Source: a virus
IMG/VR virus record: IMGVR_UViG_3300045988_182490
DNA: 64,000 nucleotides
Reading direction: 5' to 3' (one strand)
Position 1 is the stretch's first letter, and each line of letters starts with the position of its first letter. The position numbers were made by a program, and so were the translations under genes. Below the pieces are notes generated by a model. It worked only from the letters and a program-made list of their open reading frames with translations, did not search any database and was not told where the DNA came from. Below, piece by piece: positions 55,436-64,000 of the stretch.

Positions 55436-55581
55436 GTAATATTACCTCTGATCTAAATAATATTTATTCCATAATAACAAAAATAATTCACAATAACAAT
55501 ATTTTTGCATACATTTTCTTTCATATTAATTTTGTATATATGAAAAATGGAGAAAACCATTAAAAACAGAAAGGATTTTTT

Positions 55582-56526
55582 ATGAATATCGTATTACTTG
55601 TTATTGGTGTTGTAGCTGCAATTTTGGGAATTATAATTAGAATTTTGACGAAGGATACTGGTTATGTAAAGCTCGGCAAACATTATGCACATCCTATGAT
55701 TATCGGTGGCCTTATACTACTGGTATTTAGTCAGTCGTTTGCAATTATTCCAACTGGATATACCGGAGTACGAATTACATTCGGACAGATTGATAATCGA
55801 ACGGTTCAGAATGGATTTAACTGGAAGATTCCTTTTGTGCAGTCTATTAATCAGGTCAACAATAAACAGCAGGATATTTCCTATACCGGCCAGGTTTGGA
55901 GTGAGACTGCTGAGCGTACCGTTTTATACTATGAAGGAATAACTGTCACATACACAATTAACCCCGAAAAGAGCGCCTGGATCTATGCGAACGTATCAGA
56001 TTATAAGAAAAATCTGATTTCAGATAATCTTGTTGCATCCGCAATCAAGAGTAGCAGTAAGGAACTGAATTCTACAGATGCAACCAATCGTGGAATCATT
56101 GAACCTATTGCACAGGAAAAGATTCAGGAAGCTTTAGATCAAAAGTATGGTCCCGATGTGGTATTTATCAATAAGGTAGTTATCGCAAATACTGACTTTG
56201 AAGAAAGCTATAATCAGGCCATTGCAGATAAACAGACTGCGCAGCTTGCGTATGAAAAGCAGCAGATTGAAAATAAACGGCAGATTGAAGCGGCGGAAGC
56301 AGATGCTCAGGTTAAAACGACGCAGGCAAAAGCTGAAGCTGACGCAGCTGTAATTAAGGCGCAGGGCGAGGCGGATGCAAATAAACTTTTGAATGATTCC
56401 ATTACGGATAAGATTTTGAGACAGCAGTATTATGAAAAGTGGAACGGACAGCTACCTAATGTTATTACCGGTGATTCCAGTGACATTATTATGGATATTG
56501 GAAAAACAACATTGGGAGAAGAATAA
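55582..56526 (+). CDS. SPFH/band-7 (prohibitin/HflC-K-like) membrane protein
   Basis: 314 aa; two N-terminal TM, TGYTGVRITFGQI...NWKIPFVQSI SPFH core, Ala/Gln-rich coiled coil. Confidence 0.8.
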   Translation: MNIVLLVIGVVAAILGIIIRILTKDTGYVKLGKHYAHPMIIGGLILLVFSQSFAIIPTGYTGVRITFGQIDNRTVQNGFNWKIPFVQSINQVNNKQQDISYTGQVWSETAERTVLYYEGITVTYTINPEKSAWIYANVSDYKKNLISDNLVASAIKSSSKELNSTDATNRGIIEPIAQEKIQEALDQKYGPDVVFINKVVIANTDFEESYNQAIADKQTAQLAYEKQQIENKRQIEAAEADAQVKTTQAKAEADAAVIKAQGEADANKLLNDSITDKILRQQYYEKWNGQLPNVITGDSSDIIMDIGKTTLGEE

Positions 56527-56693
56527 TTTGAAAAAGAAACATTAAACTTTCTTCAGACTGTATAATAAACGCTTTTGGCCAGCTGGCCAGAAGCGTTTAT
56601 TATACACATACATATTCATGATAACAATATTTTTGCATGTATTTTCTTTCATATTAATTTTATAAAATAACTTTTCGATAGGAGAATGAGTAT

Positions 56694-57326
56694 ATGTATG
56701 GAAAAATGATGATTGAGGAATTGAAACGTTTCTTTAATACAGATGAGCTAAAGCCAAGTATTGTGGTGCTGGATGTCGGTGTTTTCTTCCCATATGCGAA
56801 TCAGGATATTTTGAAGTTTGATATGGGTTTGAACGAACTCCCTCTGGATGCAGGACGGTTTGATGATATGAAGTTCAACCATAGATATCCGAACCGTAAT
56901 TATGTGACTCTGTCCTGTATTAACGAGCGGAAAATCAGTCGTGTGGGCTATCCTATTATAGGCGAAGTTGCGGAAATGACTGGAGAGAAGTATCTGTGTA
57001 TGGATTATGGCATTGGGGATTCTAATAAAATTTCTATTGTGGTTCCTATCATGTTCAATTTAACAGAGGATGCTCCCTGTGCGACAATACAGGTAAGAAT
57101 GAATCTGCGGAATCCAAATGAGCCGACTTTCAGTATTCATGTACATATTCCGTTAGATAAGGAAGAATGGAAAGTCATGAACTATTGGTCTCATGACGAG
57201 GTGCCGGAAGATGATTATAATGAACTGCTTATACCAGATGTGGCATTAACTTCCGAGAAAGATTGCAGAATCGTATATGAGCCGATTGTAATAAATGGCT
57301 ACGGAGAAAACGATATGGTCGTTTAG
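56694..57326 (+). CDS. hypothetical protein
   Basis: 210 aa. Confidence 0.55.
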   Translation: MYGKMMIEELKRFFNTDELKPSIVVLDVGVFFPYANQDILKFDMGLNELPLDAGRFDDMKFNHRYPNRNYVTLSCINERKISRVGYPIIGEVAEMTGEKYLCMDYGIGDSNKISIVVPIMFNLTEDAPCATIQVRMNLRNPNEPTFSIHVHIPLDKEEWKVMNYWSHDEVPEDDYNELLIPDVALTSEKDCRIVYEPIVINGYGENDMVV

Positions 57327-57639
57327 ATGCAATCTGCATCAGCTGAAGAAGCATCAAACAGAGAGCTAATAAGGTTTCTTTTTTTATGAGAAAAGTGGTT
57401 AATACAGATCAAGATATTGCATATTTTTTAAATTGATTTTCAAACAATTACTTTTACAAAAGTCTATTGTTTATGCTGTGTTGCAAGCATTTACATCCAC
57501 TTAACGGATGTATTTTAAACATCAATATTTTTATTCTTATTTTTAAGGAATATAAAATATGAAATATTATTTTTTCAAATAATTGTTTCCATAATTTCTT
57601 TCATATTAATTGTATCAAAAGAAAATTGGAGGAAACGAA

Positions 57640-58236
57640 ATGGACAAATTTGAAATATTTAATAACACAAATTTAGGACAGCTCACCGCTATATTTGGAG
57701 ACAATGGCAATATTTGGTTCCTGACAAAAGATGTTGCTAAAATTTTGTGTATGAAGGCAGAGCATGCTCTTCGTTTAGTTGATCCTGAAGATAGAACTGA
57801 ATTTTTCATCAATATCGGAACCGGCAGACGTAAATATCAGTGTGTAAATGAATACGGTATTTATGAAATGATTTTCGCATCCAAGAAACAGGAAGCAAAA
57901 ACATTCCGTAAGTGGGTGACTCATGAAGTATTGCCGTCTATTCGTAAAAACGGTGGTTATATCATTGGACAGGAAGAATTGAAAGGAGAAGAGAAAGAAA
58001 AACTGGAAGAACAGATTCGTCAGTTGGCAAAGCAGGTAAACGCTTACAGAGAAGACGGAAATCTTTGGATGAATATGTATTTTAACATTCAGAAAGATTA
58101 TCTGGATGCTGTTGAAAAAATCTATGGAAAAAAGACCAATATTGCAAACGATAAAACAACAAAGACAGAATATGTTGTTTCCCCCGAAGGATGGATTCTT
58201 CCAAAATCCCTATATTTATTGAACGATAATGATTAA
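57640..58236 (+). CDS. Bro-N domain antirepressor-like protein
   Basis: 198 aa; Bro-N motifs FNNTNLGQLTAIFGDNGNIWFL ... FRKWVTHEVLPSIRKNGGY. Confidence 0.8.
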   Translation: MDKFEIFNNTNLGQLTAIFGDNGNIWFLTKDVAKILCMKAEHALRLVDPEDRTEFFINIGTGRRKYQCVNEYGIYEMIFASKKQEAKTFRKWVTHEVLPSIRKNGGYIIGQEELKGEEKEKLEEQIRQLAKQVNAYREDGNLWMNMYFNIQKDYLDAVEKIYGKKTNIANDKTTKTEYVVSPEGWILPKSLYLLNDND

Positions 58237-58354
58237 TTTAGGCAGCTTTGGCTGCCTTTTTTATATAAAACCGTGAAAAAGCAGACTGTATAATTGGTAT
58301 AGGATTCCATAAAAATAATGTCATATTAATTATATATAATATAAGTCAATAACC

Positions 58355-58612
58355 CATCACTAAAGTGACGGGTTTGTAAAAGCCCGATATTGACTAGCCT
58401 AAGTGTTTCGAACACTACGTTACGAGAGAATATATAGTCACCTGCGGATGTAATACCTAGTCTGCAGCTCTGAGGTCCGTGATTAAACAGTCCTGTTGGA
58501 TAGGGACAGTGTTGCGGATATCCAAAACCTCTCATTAACATTGGCGAAGGTATCATTACAGAGGAATGACCTCTGATTTATGTGATTTGGTTCACAGAAA
58601 GGAGTGCCTGTT
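58355..58612 (+). ncRNA. putative omega RNA, copy 2
   Basis: same sequence as copy 1 scaffold. Confidence 0.6.
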
Positions 58613-59884
58613 ATGGTATATGTTCTTAACATTGACGGACAGCCGCTTATGCCCACTGACAGGCATGGAAAGGTCCGGCATCTTTTGAAGGACGGCCGGG
58701 CGGAAGTAGTAAAGTGCTGTCCGTTTACCATACGACTGTTGTATGACAGCACGCACTATACGCAGGATATCGTATTAGGCGTGGATGCCGGCAGCAAACA
58801 TATCGGTTTGTCGGGCACCACGGAAACAAAAGAACTCTATGCTTCCGATGTAGAGCTCAGAAATGACATTGTGGATCTTATTTCCACACGCAGACAGAAC
58901 CGCAGGTTCCGTCGTAATCGTAAGACACGGTACCGGAAAGCCCGATTCCTGAACCGGTTATCCGATAAGAAGGACTGGTTGGCTCCCAGTATCCGGCAGA
59001 AAGTCGATACCCACATGACCGTGGTATCCAGAGTATGTAAGATACTTCCGGTCACAAAGATCATCGTGGAGACAGCATCCTTTGATATCCAGAAGATCAA
59101 GGATCCGGATATCAGTGGTACTGGTTATCAACATGGTGAGCAGCTCGATTTCTGGAACGTCCGGGAGTATGTATTATTCCGGGATGGACATACCTGCCAG
59201 TGCTGCAAAGGCAAATCCAAGGATCCGGTACTCAATGTACATCATATCGAGAGCCGTAAGACTGGCGGCGATGCTCCCAATAACCTGATCACCTTATGTG
59301 AGACCTGTCATAAGGGTTATCACTCAGGTGCGGTGCAGCTGCCGAAAGCCATCCATCGTGGCATGAGATTCAAGGATGCTGCATTCATGGGAGTCATGCG
59401 ATGGAATTTCTATAACAAACTGAAGGAAATCTATGAGCTACAGGGCATTGAGATACGTATGACATTTGGGTATCTCACAAAGAATACCCGTATCCGTCAT
59501 CATCTGCCAAAGGAGCATTACATAGATGCCAGGTGCATCAGCGGTCATCCGGAAGCAATACCCAGCAACGAAGTTTTCTATCAGAAGAAGGTTCGCTGCC
59601 ATAACCGCCAGATACATAAGAACACTATCCTTAAAGGTGGTATCCGAAAACGAAATCAGGCCGGCTATCTGGTAAAAGGCTTCCGGCTGTTCGATAAAGT
59701 AGCTTACAAAGGCAGAGAGTACTTCATTTTTGGACGCAGGCAAAGTGGATTCTTCGATTTGCGGAATCTGTCCGGATGCAAAGTAAACAAAGGCAGTCTC
59801 AGTTACCGGAAGATCGGATTTCTGGAACCTAGACAATACTATTTATGTGAAAGGAGAGTAATGGACACCCAGGGCTATGCTTAA
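58613..59884 (+). CDS. iscB: IscB RNA-guided nuclease, copy 2
   Basis: 423 aa, all IscB motifs intact. Confidence 0.9.
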   Translation: MVYVLNIDGQPLMPTDRHGKVRHLLKDGRAEVVKCCPFTIRLLYDSTHYTQDIVLGVDAGSKHIGLSGTTETKELYASDVELRNDIVDLISTRRQNRRFRRNRKTRYRKARFLNRLSDKKDWLAPSIRQKVDTHMTVVSRVCKILPVTKIIVETASFDIQKIKDPDISGTGYQHGEQLDFWNVREYVLFRDGHTCQCCKGKSKDPVLNVHHIESRKTGGDAPNNLITLCETCHKGYHSGAVQLPKAIHRGMRFKDAAFMGVMRWNFYNKLKEIYELQGIEIRMTFGYLTKNTRIRHHLPKEHYIDARCISGHPEAIPSNEVFYQKKVRCHNRQIHKNTILKGGIRKRNQAGYLVKGFRLFDKVAYKGREYFIFGRRQSGFFDLRNLSGCKVNKGSLSYRKIGFLEPRQYYLCERRVMDTQGYA

Positions 59885-60284
59885 CCGCACTCCTCCCACG
59901 ACTAAAGTCACGGGTGTCCGTGCTAAGCGAATTTATGAATATAGCCACGTATCAAACAACGCCAGAACTGGAAAGAAAAACTCAATTCATCAAACAATAA
60001 GTAACAAGTAAATAAGATTGATTATATTGTTTTCTGCAACCAAAACTTTTATACACTTTTTCTGACATAATATAGTTGAAGAGAAAACTGGAGAAACTTT
60101 TTTACGGATTTAAGATAAAAAATCCGTTTGACCTTATAGATTTTACTTTTATAACTCCGGAATGTGACCGGAGATAACATAAACCAACCTTTTTCTTAAG
60201 ATACAGTCCAACCGGATGGACAAAATGTACTGCTTCATCCGGTTACGGAAGCAGTTACAATAATTAATAAAGAGGGAAAATGCA

Positions 60285-60659
60285 ATGAATAGAAAAGACA
60301 AAAACGAAATGGCCAACAAAAACGTAAAAGACTTCCACGTTCCGAAGGCAGAGAACATGCTTAAAGAAACAGAACCGAATACACTTATTAAATGGGTGGA
60401 CTTAATTACTAAAGCTAAGGATAGCGGAAACACATATTGTTACTTATGTTCTGATGACGGTAGAGTAACAAGAAATGCCGTTATAAAAATCCTCGAAGCA
60501 GGATATGATCTTAAATACTCATTCTTTAAGGATGAAATGACCGGACAGTCTCTTTTTATAAAGGCATTCTGGCAAGAAGGTTGCAGTGGCAGACTTTATG
60601 ATGAACGGTCAAAAGAATATGTAGACGTTGACACAATGTTTTATAGAATCATGGCATAA
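60285..60659 (+). CDS. hypothetical protein
   Basis: 124 aa. Confidence 0.5.
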   Translation: MNRKDKNEMANKNVKDFHVPKAENMLKETEPNTLIKWVDLITKAKDSGNTYCYLCSDDGRVTRNAVIKILEAGYDLKYSFFKDEMTGQSLFIKAFWQEGCSGRLYDERSKEYVDVDTMFYRIMA

Positions 60660-60761
60660 TTGTTGAGTAATTCCTTCCAAACTATATAGTGCTCCCGCCG
60701 AGCGAAACATTTCTTACTGTTTCCGGCGGGGAAACAGTATGGCCAATATGGAGGGCAAAAT

Positions 60762-61112
60762 ATGAAAAACTTAAATGAAACCAATCTGTTAAAAGCACTG
60801 AATACCCAGCCGAGACTTGCTTTTGAATTAATCAAAGCATTGGGAAAAGCTTCGGAAGATCTGATGATTTATGAAAGAATCAACAGCAGACCTGATCGCG
60901 AACTGGCGCGTCAGAGTAAACTCGGAGAAGCTATCAAATTCTCCAATAAAGTCGTAGGAGTCGTGTCTCGTATGGAACGCGAGACAGGTTGGACCATTAT
61001 AAAAAAATATCTGCATAATGACAGCGAAAAACTGGAATTCATGCAGGATCTGGACGATTTCTTTAACGAGCTCTATGCAGAGCAGGAAGAAAAAACAGTT
61101 AACAATGTTTAA
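60762..61112 (+). CDS. hypothetical protein
   Basis: 116 aa. Confidence 0.5.
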   Translation: MKNLNETNLLKALNTQPRLAFELIKALGKASEDLMIYERINSRPDRELARQSKLGEAIKFSNKVVGVVSRMERETGWTIIKKYLHNDSEKLEFMQDLDDFFNELYAEQEEKTVNNV

Positions 61113-61152
61113 AATAATAGCCCCGAGGATGTTTATCCTTAGGGCTATTTTC

Positions 61153-61453
61153 TTATAATTCAGAAATAATCTTGCAAATCTTATCCTGTAATTCTCCAGC
61201 TTCCTTAGCATAAGCAATTCCGGAAAGAAATTCCTTATTCTGTGATGCCTCTTCAATTGTTTCCGGAGTTTTTCTCATGGAAGCTCTTGCAAGATTTGCA
61301 TATCCTTCTGTAGAAACTGCCCGGTACAGGTTAATCAGTTCTTTTAATTTCGGGTGGTTCTCATATTCCTCAAGAACCTTATTAAATTCTTCATTCTCCA
61401 TAAAAATCAGATCATCGTAATTTCTTTTCTTTCTGAATTCTTTGATTTCTGCC
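61153..61453 (-). CDS. hypothetical protein (minus strand)
   Basis: about 100 aa from internal Met with AAGAGG RBS. Confidence 0.4.
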
Positions 61454-61597
61454 ATTTTCTTTTTCCTCTTTATCTTTGCTGTATTCTGTTTTCTATAGAT
61501 AATATAACACGATTTGGAATGAACGGCAAATTTCTGCACAGAAATTTCAATTTATTTTTCAGTCATATTAACTATAACAATCGATAAAAGGAGAAAA

Positions 61598-61789
61598 TTC
61601 ACGAAACAGAAGATAGCAAATAAATTATATCATGTTACTACAAAGGAATCCGCCGATCATATCCTTAACGAAGGCTTGTTTCCACAAATAGGTGATAATT
61701 CAAGAAAAGCAGGAGAAGAGGATCCAGTTGTTTTCCTTTGTAATCGATTTCCGAGGAAGAAAAAGAAACAGTCCGAAAGAAAGCTCTGA
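61598..61789 (+). pseudogene. DarT-like (DUF4433 ssDNA ADP-ribosyltransferase) N-terminal remnant, no canonical start codon, truncated at about 60 codons
   Basis: frame encodes KLYHVTTKESADHILNEGLFP ... VVFLCNRFP resembling DarT N-terminus (LYHFTHIDNL..IL..GLL ... FYFCPRSP); RBS present but no ATG/GTG/TTG. Confidence 0.4.
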
Positions 61790-61873
61790 AGGATGTAACC
61801 CCGGCATTTTTGTCATTATATTATATGACTGAATTTGACGATTTTTCTTATTGTAACGGAAGGAGAAATGTTT

Positions 61874-62347
61874 ATGCAGCTAAAAGAAGAAAAAAGAGAT
61901 CTATTTTCAGTTAATAACGAAAAAGATATGTGGTATGTACAGTGTATCTCGGCAGATTTTGCCTGTGGTAAGGGAATTGCTCTGGAGTTCAATAAAAGAG
62001 GAGATGTTAAAAATCTCTTAATGAAAAATTATAAAAAGAATATGTGGAACGGCTATGGATATTGTCTTCCAACTTGTTCTTTACCGGAGACAAATGAAGA
62101 TAGAGAATATTTCAAAGTATTCAATCTGGTAACAAAGGCTAAATATTATATGAAACCATCTGAAAGAACCATACGAACTGCATTAATGTCATTACATGAC
62201 ATGGTTAAAGCATATGGAATTAAAAAAATGGCCATGCCACAGATTGGGTGTGGGTTGGACCGAATGGATTGGAATAATGTTAGAGAAATAATCCAACACA
62301 TTTTCCAGGATATTCAAGATCTTGAAATTTTAGTATGTAGAAAATAG
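61874..62347 (+). CDS. TARG1/DarG-type macrodomain protein (ADP-ribose glycohydrolase family)
   Basis: 157 aa; YVQCISADFACGKGIALEFNKR and MAMPQIGCGLDRMDWNNVREIIQHIF align closely with human TARG1 [21 protein letters not shown] and [26 protein letters not shown]. Confidence 0.75.
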   Translation: MQLKEEKRDLFSVNNEKDMWYVQCISADFACGKGIALEFNKRGDVKNLLMKNYKKNMWNGYGYCLPTCSLPETNEDREYFKVFNLVTKAKYYMKPSERTIRTALMSLHDMVKAYGIKKMAMPQIGCGLDRMDWNNVREIIQHIFQDIQDLEILVCRK

Positions 62348-62441
62348 AAGAGTTGCAGCATTGCTGCAACTTTTCTTTATATGCATCTTTTCTTACATAA
62401 TAAAGATATAAAGATAATCGGAGAAGAAAGCGAGGTATTTT

Positions 62442-62777
62442 ATGATGAATGCAAAAGAAATTGCAAATATTTGGAAAGAAGTTGTTAAGATTTACAATAA
62501 TACAAGAGAAAACAATCTGCCTGAAAAAACTATGGAAGAAATAATTCGTAAGTTTGGTTTAGAGAAAACAAAAGAAGTGTTTGCAACAGTAGCAGCTATC
62601 AAAAAACATGACGGTAGAATTTATGGAAAGAACAGAGAGTATATGAACAGTATTCCTGTTGATTCAGAGATTGTAGAATGGAGAAGCGGAAATCCCGTAG
62701 TATATGCAGGACTTGATGATATTCATACGACGCATATCAACCAGCTGATTACCGAATTAAGGAAACTGGATAACTAA
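62442..62777 (+). CDS. hypothetical protein
   Basis: 111 aa. Confidence 0.5.
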   Translation: MMNAKEIANIWKEVVKIYNNTRENNLPEKTMEEIIRKFGLEKTKEVFATVAAIKKHDGRIYGKNREYMNSIPVDSEIVEWRSGNPVVYAGLDDIHTTHINQLITELRKLDN

Positions 62778-62809
62778 ATACATCATTCATTTAGAAGGAA
62801 GGAAATAAT

Positions 62810-63100
62810 ATGTTAGGATATAAGATTTATTTTAATGGAGATAAATTTGTAGCAGATAATGCTGCAACAGAAGTTCAGACGATGCCATGCGATTCAACTG
62901 TTTCATGGATGGCTAATAAGGCATCTGCGGATGATGCCGTAGAAAAGCATAATGCAAATGATTTAAAGGATGTTAAAAAATGTAAGGAATGCGGCGAATA
63001 CTTCTGGCAGACAGACGAAGAAAGAACCTGGTTTGCTGATAGGAATATGAAAGCACCTTGCAGATGTTATTCTTGCAGAAAAAAGAAAAATAAACACTGA
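62810..63100 (+). CDS. hypothetical Cys-rich protein
   Basis: 96 aa; CKECGEY...CRCYSCRKK zinc-ribbon-like. Confidence 0.5.
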   Translation: MLGYKIYFNGDKFVADNAATEVQTMPCDSTVSWMANKASADDAVEKHNANDLKDVKKCKECGEYFWQTDEERTWFADRNMKAPCRCYSCRKKKNKH

Positions 63101-63135
63101 AATGGATATTTCATAAGGAAAATGGAGGAACAGAT

Positions 63136-63315
63136 ATGGAATTTACAGAAATGGATGAAATAAGGGTAAGAACCTATGGTGGTGCTATTGGCACTATTGA
63201 AAAAGTTGTATATGAAATGGTAGATGGAAAAGAAACAGATAATGTATATTGCTATGAAATGGAAATCAATGGTAAACATGGAGTCATAGTCTATCCAGAC
63301 GAGATTGACGAATAG
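63136..63315 (+). CDS. hypothetical small protein
   Basis: 59 aa; GGAGG RBS. Confidence 0.4.
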   Translation: MEFTEMDEIRVRTYGGAIGTIEKVVYEMVDGKETDNVYCYEMEINGKHGVIVYPDEIDE

Positions 63316-63371
63316 GGCTGATCATAGAACGGCAAATGCTCGTTTCCTATGGATTAGAAAGGAGAAATGGA

Positions 63372-63518
63372 ATGAGTATTATTGAAGAGAATGCAAAAAC
63401 AATTAAGGACTGGTTAAAACATTTAGATTTTGAACACGAACATCCAGGCTATGGCAAAGATGTTTATAAAAAGTTAGACGAAATTATTACAGAGGCACAG
63501 AAGATAAAAGAGGACTAA
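63372..63518 (+). CDS. hypothetical small protein
   Basis: 48 aa; AAAGGAG RBS. Confidence 0.4.
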   Translation: MSIIEENAKTIKDWLKHLDFEHEHPGYGKDVYKKLDEIITEAQKIKED

Positions 63519-63553
63519 ATGCGTGTTTCAACAGTTTAGAAAGAGGTAAAAGT

Positions 63554-63814
63554 ATGAGAAAATTACTGAAAAAAATATCCGATTTAAAAAATGCATATAG
63601 AGTTCTTGAAATAATGGACAAAGCAGGATGCGATATTGAACAAGTATCAAATATGAATGGATATTATAAACTCAAACCCAAATGGTATGTATCAGAAAGA
63701 GATGCAAAAGACCTACAAAAGATAGTTTTACATAAAAAAAATTATTATGGTAATCATCACATGTTTTGGAAAATTTGGTTTAAAAATATTCGTGACGGAT
63801 ATAGATATTTATAA
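63554..63814 (+). CDS. hypothetical protein
   Basis: 86 aa. Confidence 0.45.
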   Translation: MRKLLKKISDLKNAYRVLEIMDKAGCDIEQVSNMNGYYKLKPKWYVSERDAKDLQKIVLHKKNYYGNHHMFWKIWFKNIRDGYRYL

Positions 63815-63851
63815 TTAAATTCGCAGTTCTTTAAAAGATTGGAGGAAATAT

Positions 63852-63986
63852 ATGTTTGAATATAATGGATATCATTTTGAATCAGTAAGAAAACTAAAAG
63901 AATCAGAAAAGAAGGATATATGCACATTCTCTAAACATATCAGAAGCGATAGAGAACTTGGGATATGTGATTATGATGTTGATTGA
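63852..63986 (+). CDS. hypothetical small protein
   Basis: 44 aa; GGAGG RBS. Confidence 0.35.
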   Translation: MFEYNGYHFESVRKLKESEKKDICTFSKHIRSDRELGICDYDVD

Positions 63987-64000
63987 AAAAAACATGATTA

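Larger units (their letters stand above)
58347..59938 (+). mobile_element. IS200/IS605-family IscB element, copy 2
   Basis: near-identical to 45092-46687 with a few SNPs (e.g. KRCPF->KCCPF, SATTE->SGTTE). Confidence 0.8.

Noticed and set aside
1-64000. CRISPR array, reverse transcriptase (retron/DGR), integrase or attachment site, large terminase or capsid genes
   Set aside because: I looked and found no repeat-spacer arrays, no RT motifs (YxDD) and no recombinase or structural-protein signatures in this window. Phage-like assignment rests on gene content and organisation only.

Overview
This is an AT-rich, Firmicutes-like (GGAGG ribosome-binding sites) window with a strong phage or large mobile-element character. 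About 95% of genes are on the + strand, and most are short cassettes, each with its own conserved promoter-like box and intrinsic terminator.

Main content, left to right:
- A truncated IS66-family element at the left edge (1-878, minus strand).
- A dense array of about 34 tRNA genes (3552-7713). Several are non-canonical, and a YkuK/DUF458 RNase-H-like gene sits inside the array.
- A run of phage-type and host-signalling genes: Rel/SpoT-type HD hydrolase, AbrB-like regulator, orphan N6-adenine methyltransferase with a GIY-YIG endonuclease, AAA+ ATPase, HPr-like protein, TPM-LemA-lipoprotein-flotillin membrane module, HD-GYP protein, PASTA protein, lytic transglycosylase, C5-cytosine methyltransferase, metallophosphoesterase and a Bro-N antirepressor.
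- Three OMEGA-type RNA-guided nuclease elements. Two are about 98% identical, TnpA-less IscB elements with upstream omega RNAs (45092-46687 and 58347-59938, direct repeats bracketing 11.6 kb). One is a TnpB-only IS200/605 element inserted at the stop codon of an ATPase gene remnant. There is also an N-terminally truncated IscB-derived HNH protein.
- Inside the IscB-bracketed segment: a radical SAM RNA-modification-like module, a candidate toxin-antitoxin / abortive-infection nucleotidyltransferase module and a second SPFH protein. The RlmN/Cfr-like gene in that module is split, and its catalytic C-terminal ACGQL cysteine motif lies in a separate 41-codon ORF.
- A decayed DarT fragment next to an intact TARG1/DarG-type macrodomain gene near the right end.

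Across the window there are about 28 copies of a conserved intergenic TCTGTCATATTAA box, and two copies of a roughly 83-nt small-RNA gene. Each sRNA copy has a perfect sigma70 promoter, a 5' hairpin with compensatory changes, a conserved single-stranded core and a terminator.

All coordinates for RNAs and repeats are approximate (about 3 nt). All homology statements come from motif recognition by eye, not database searches.
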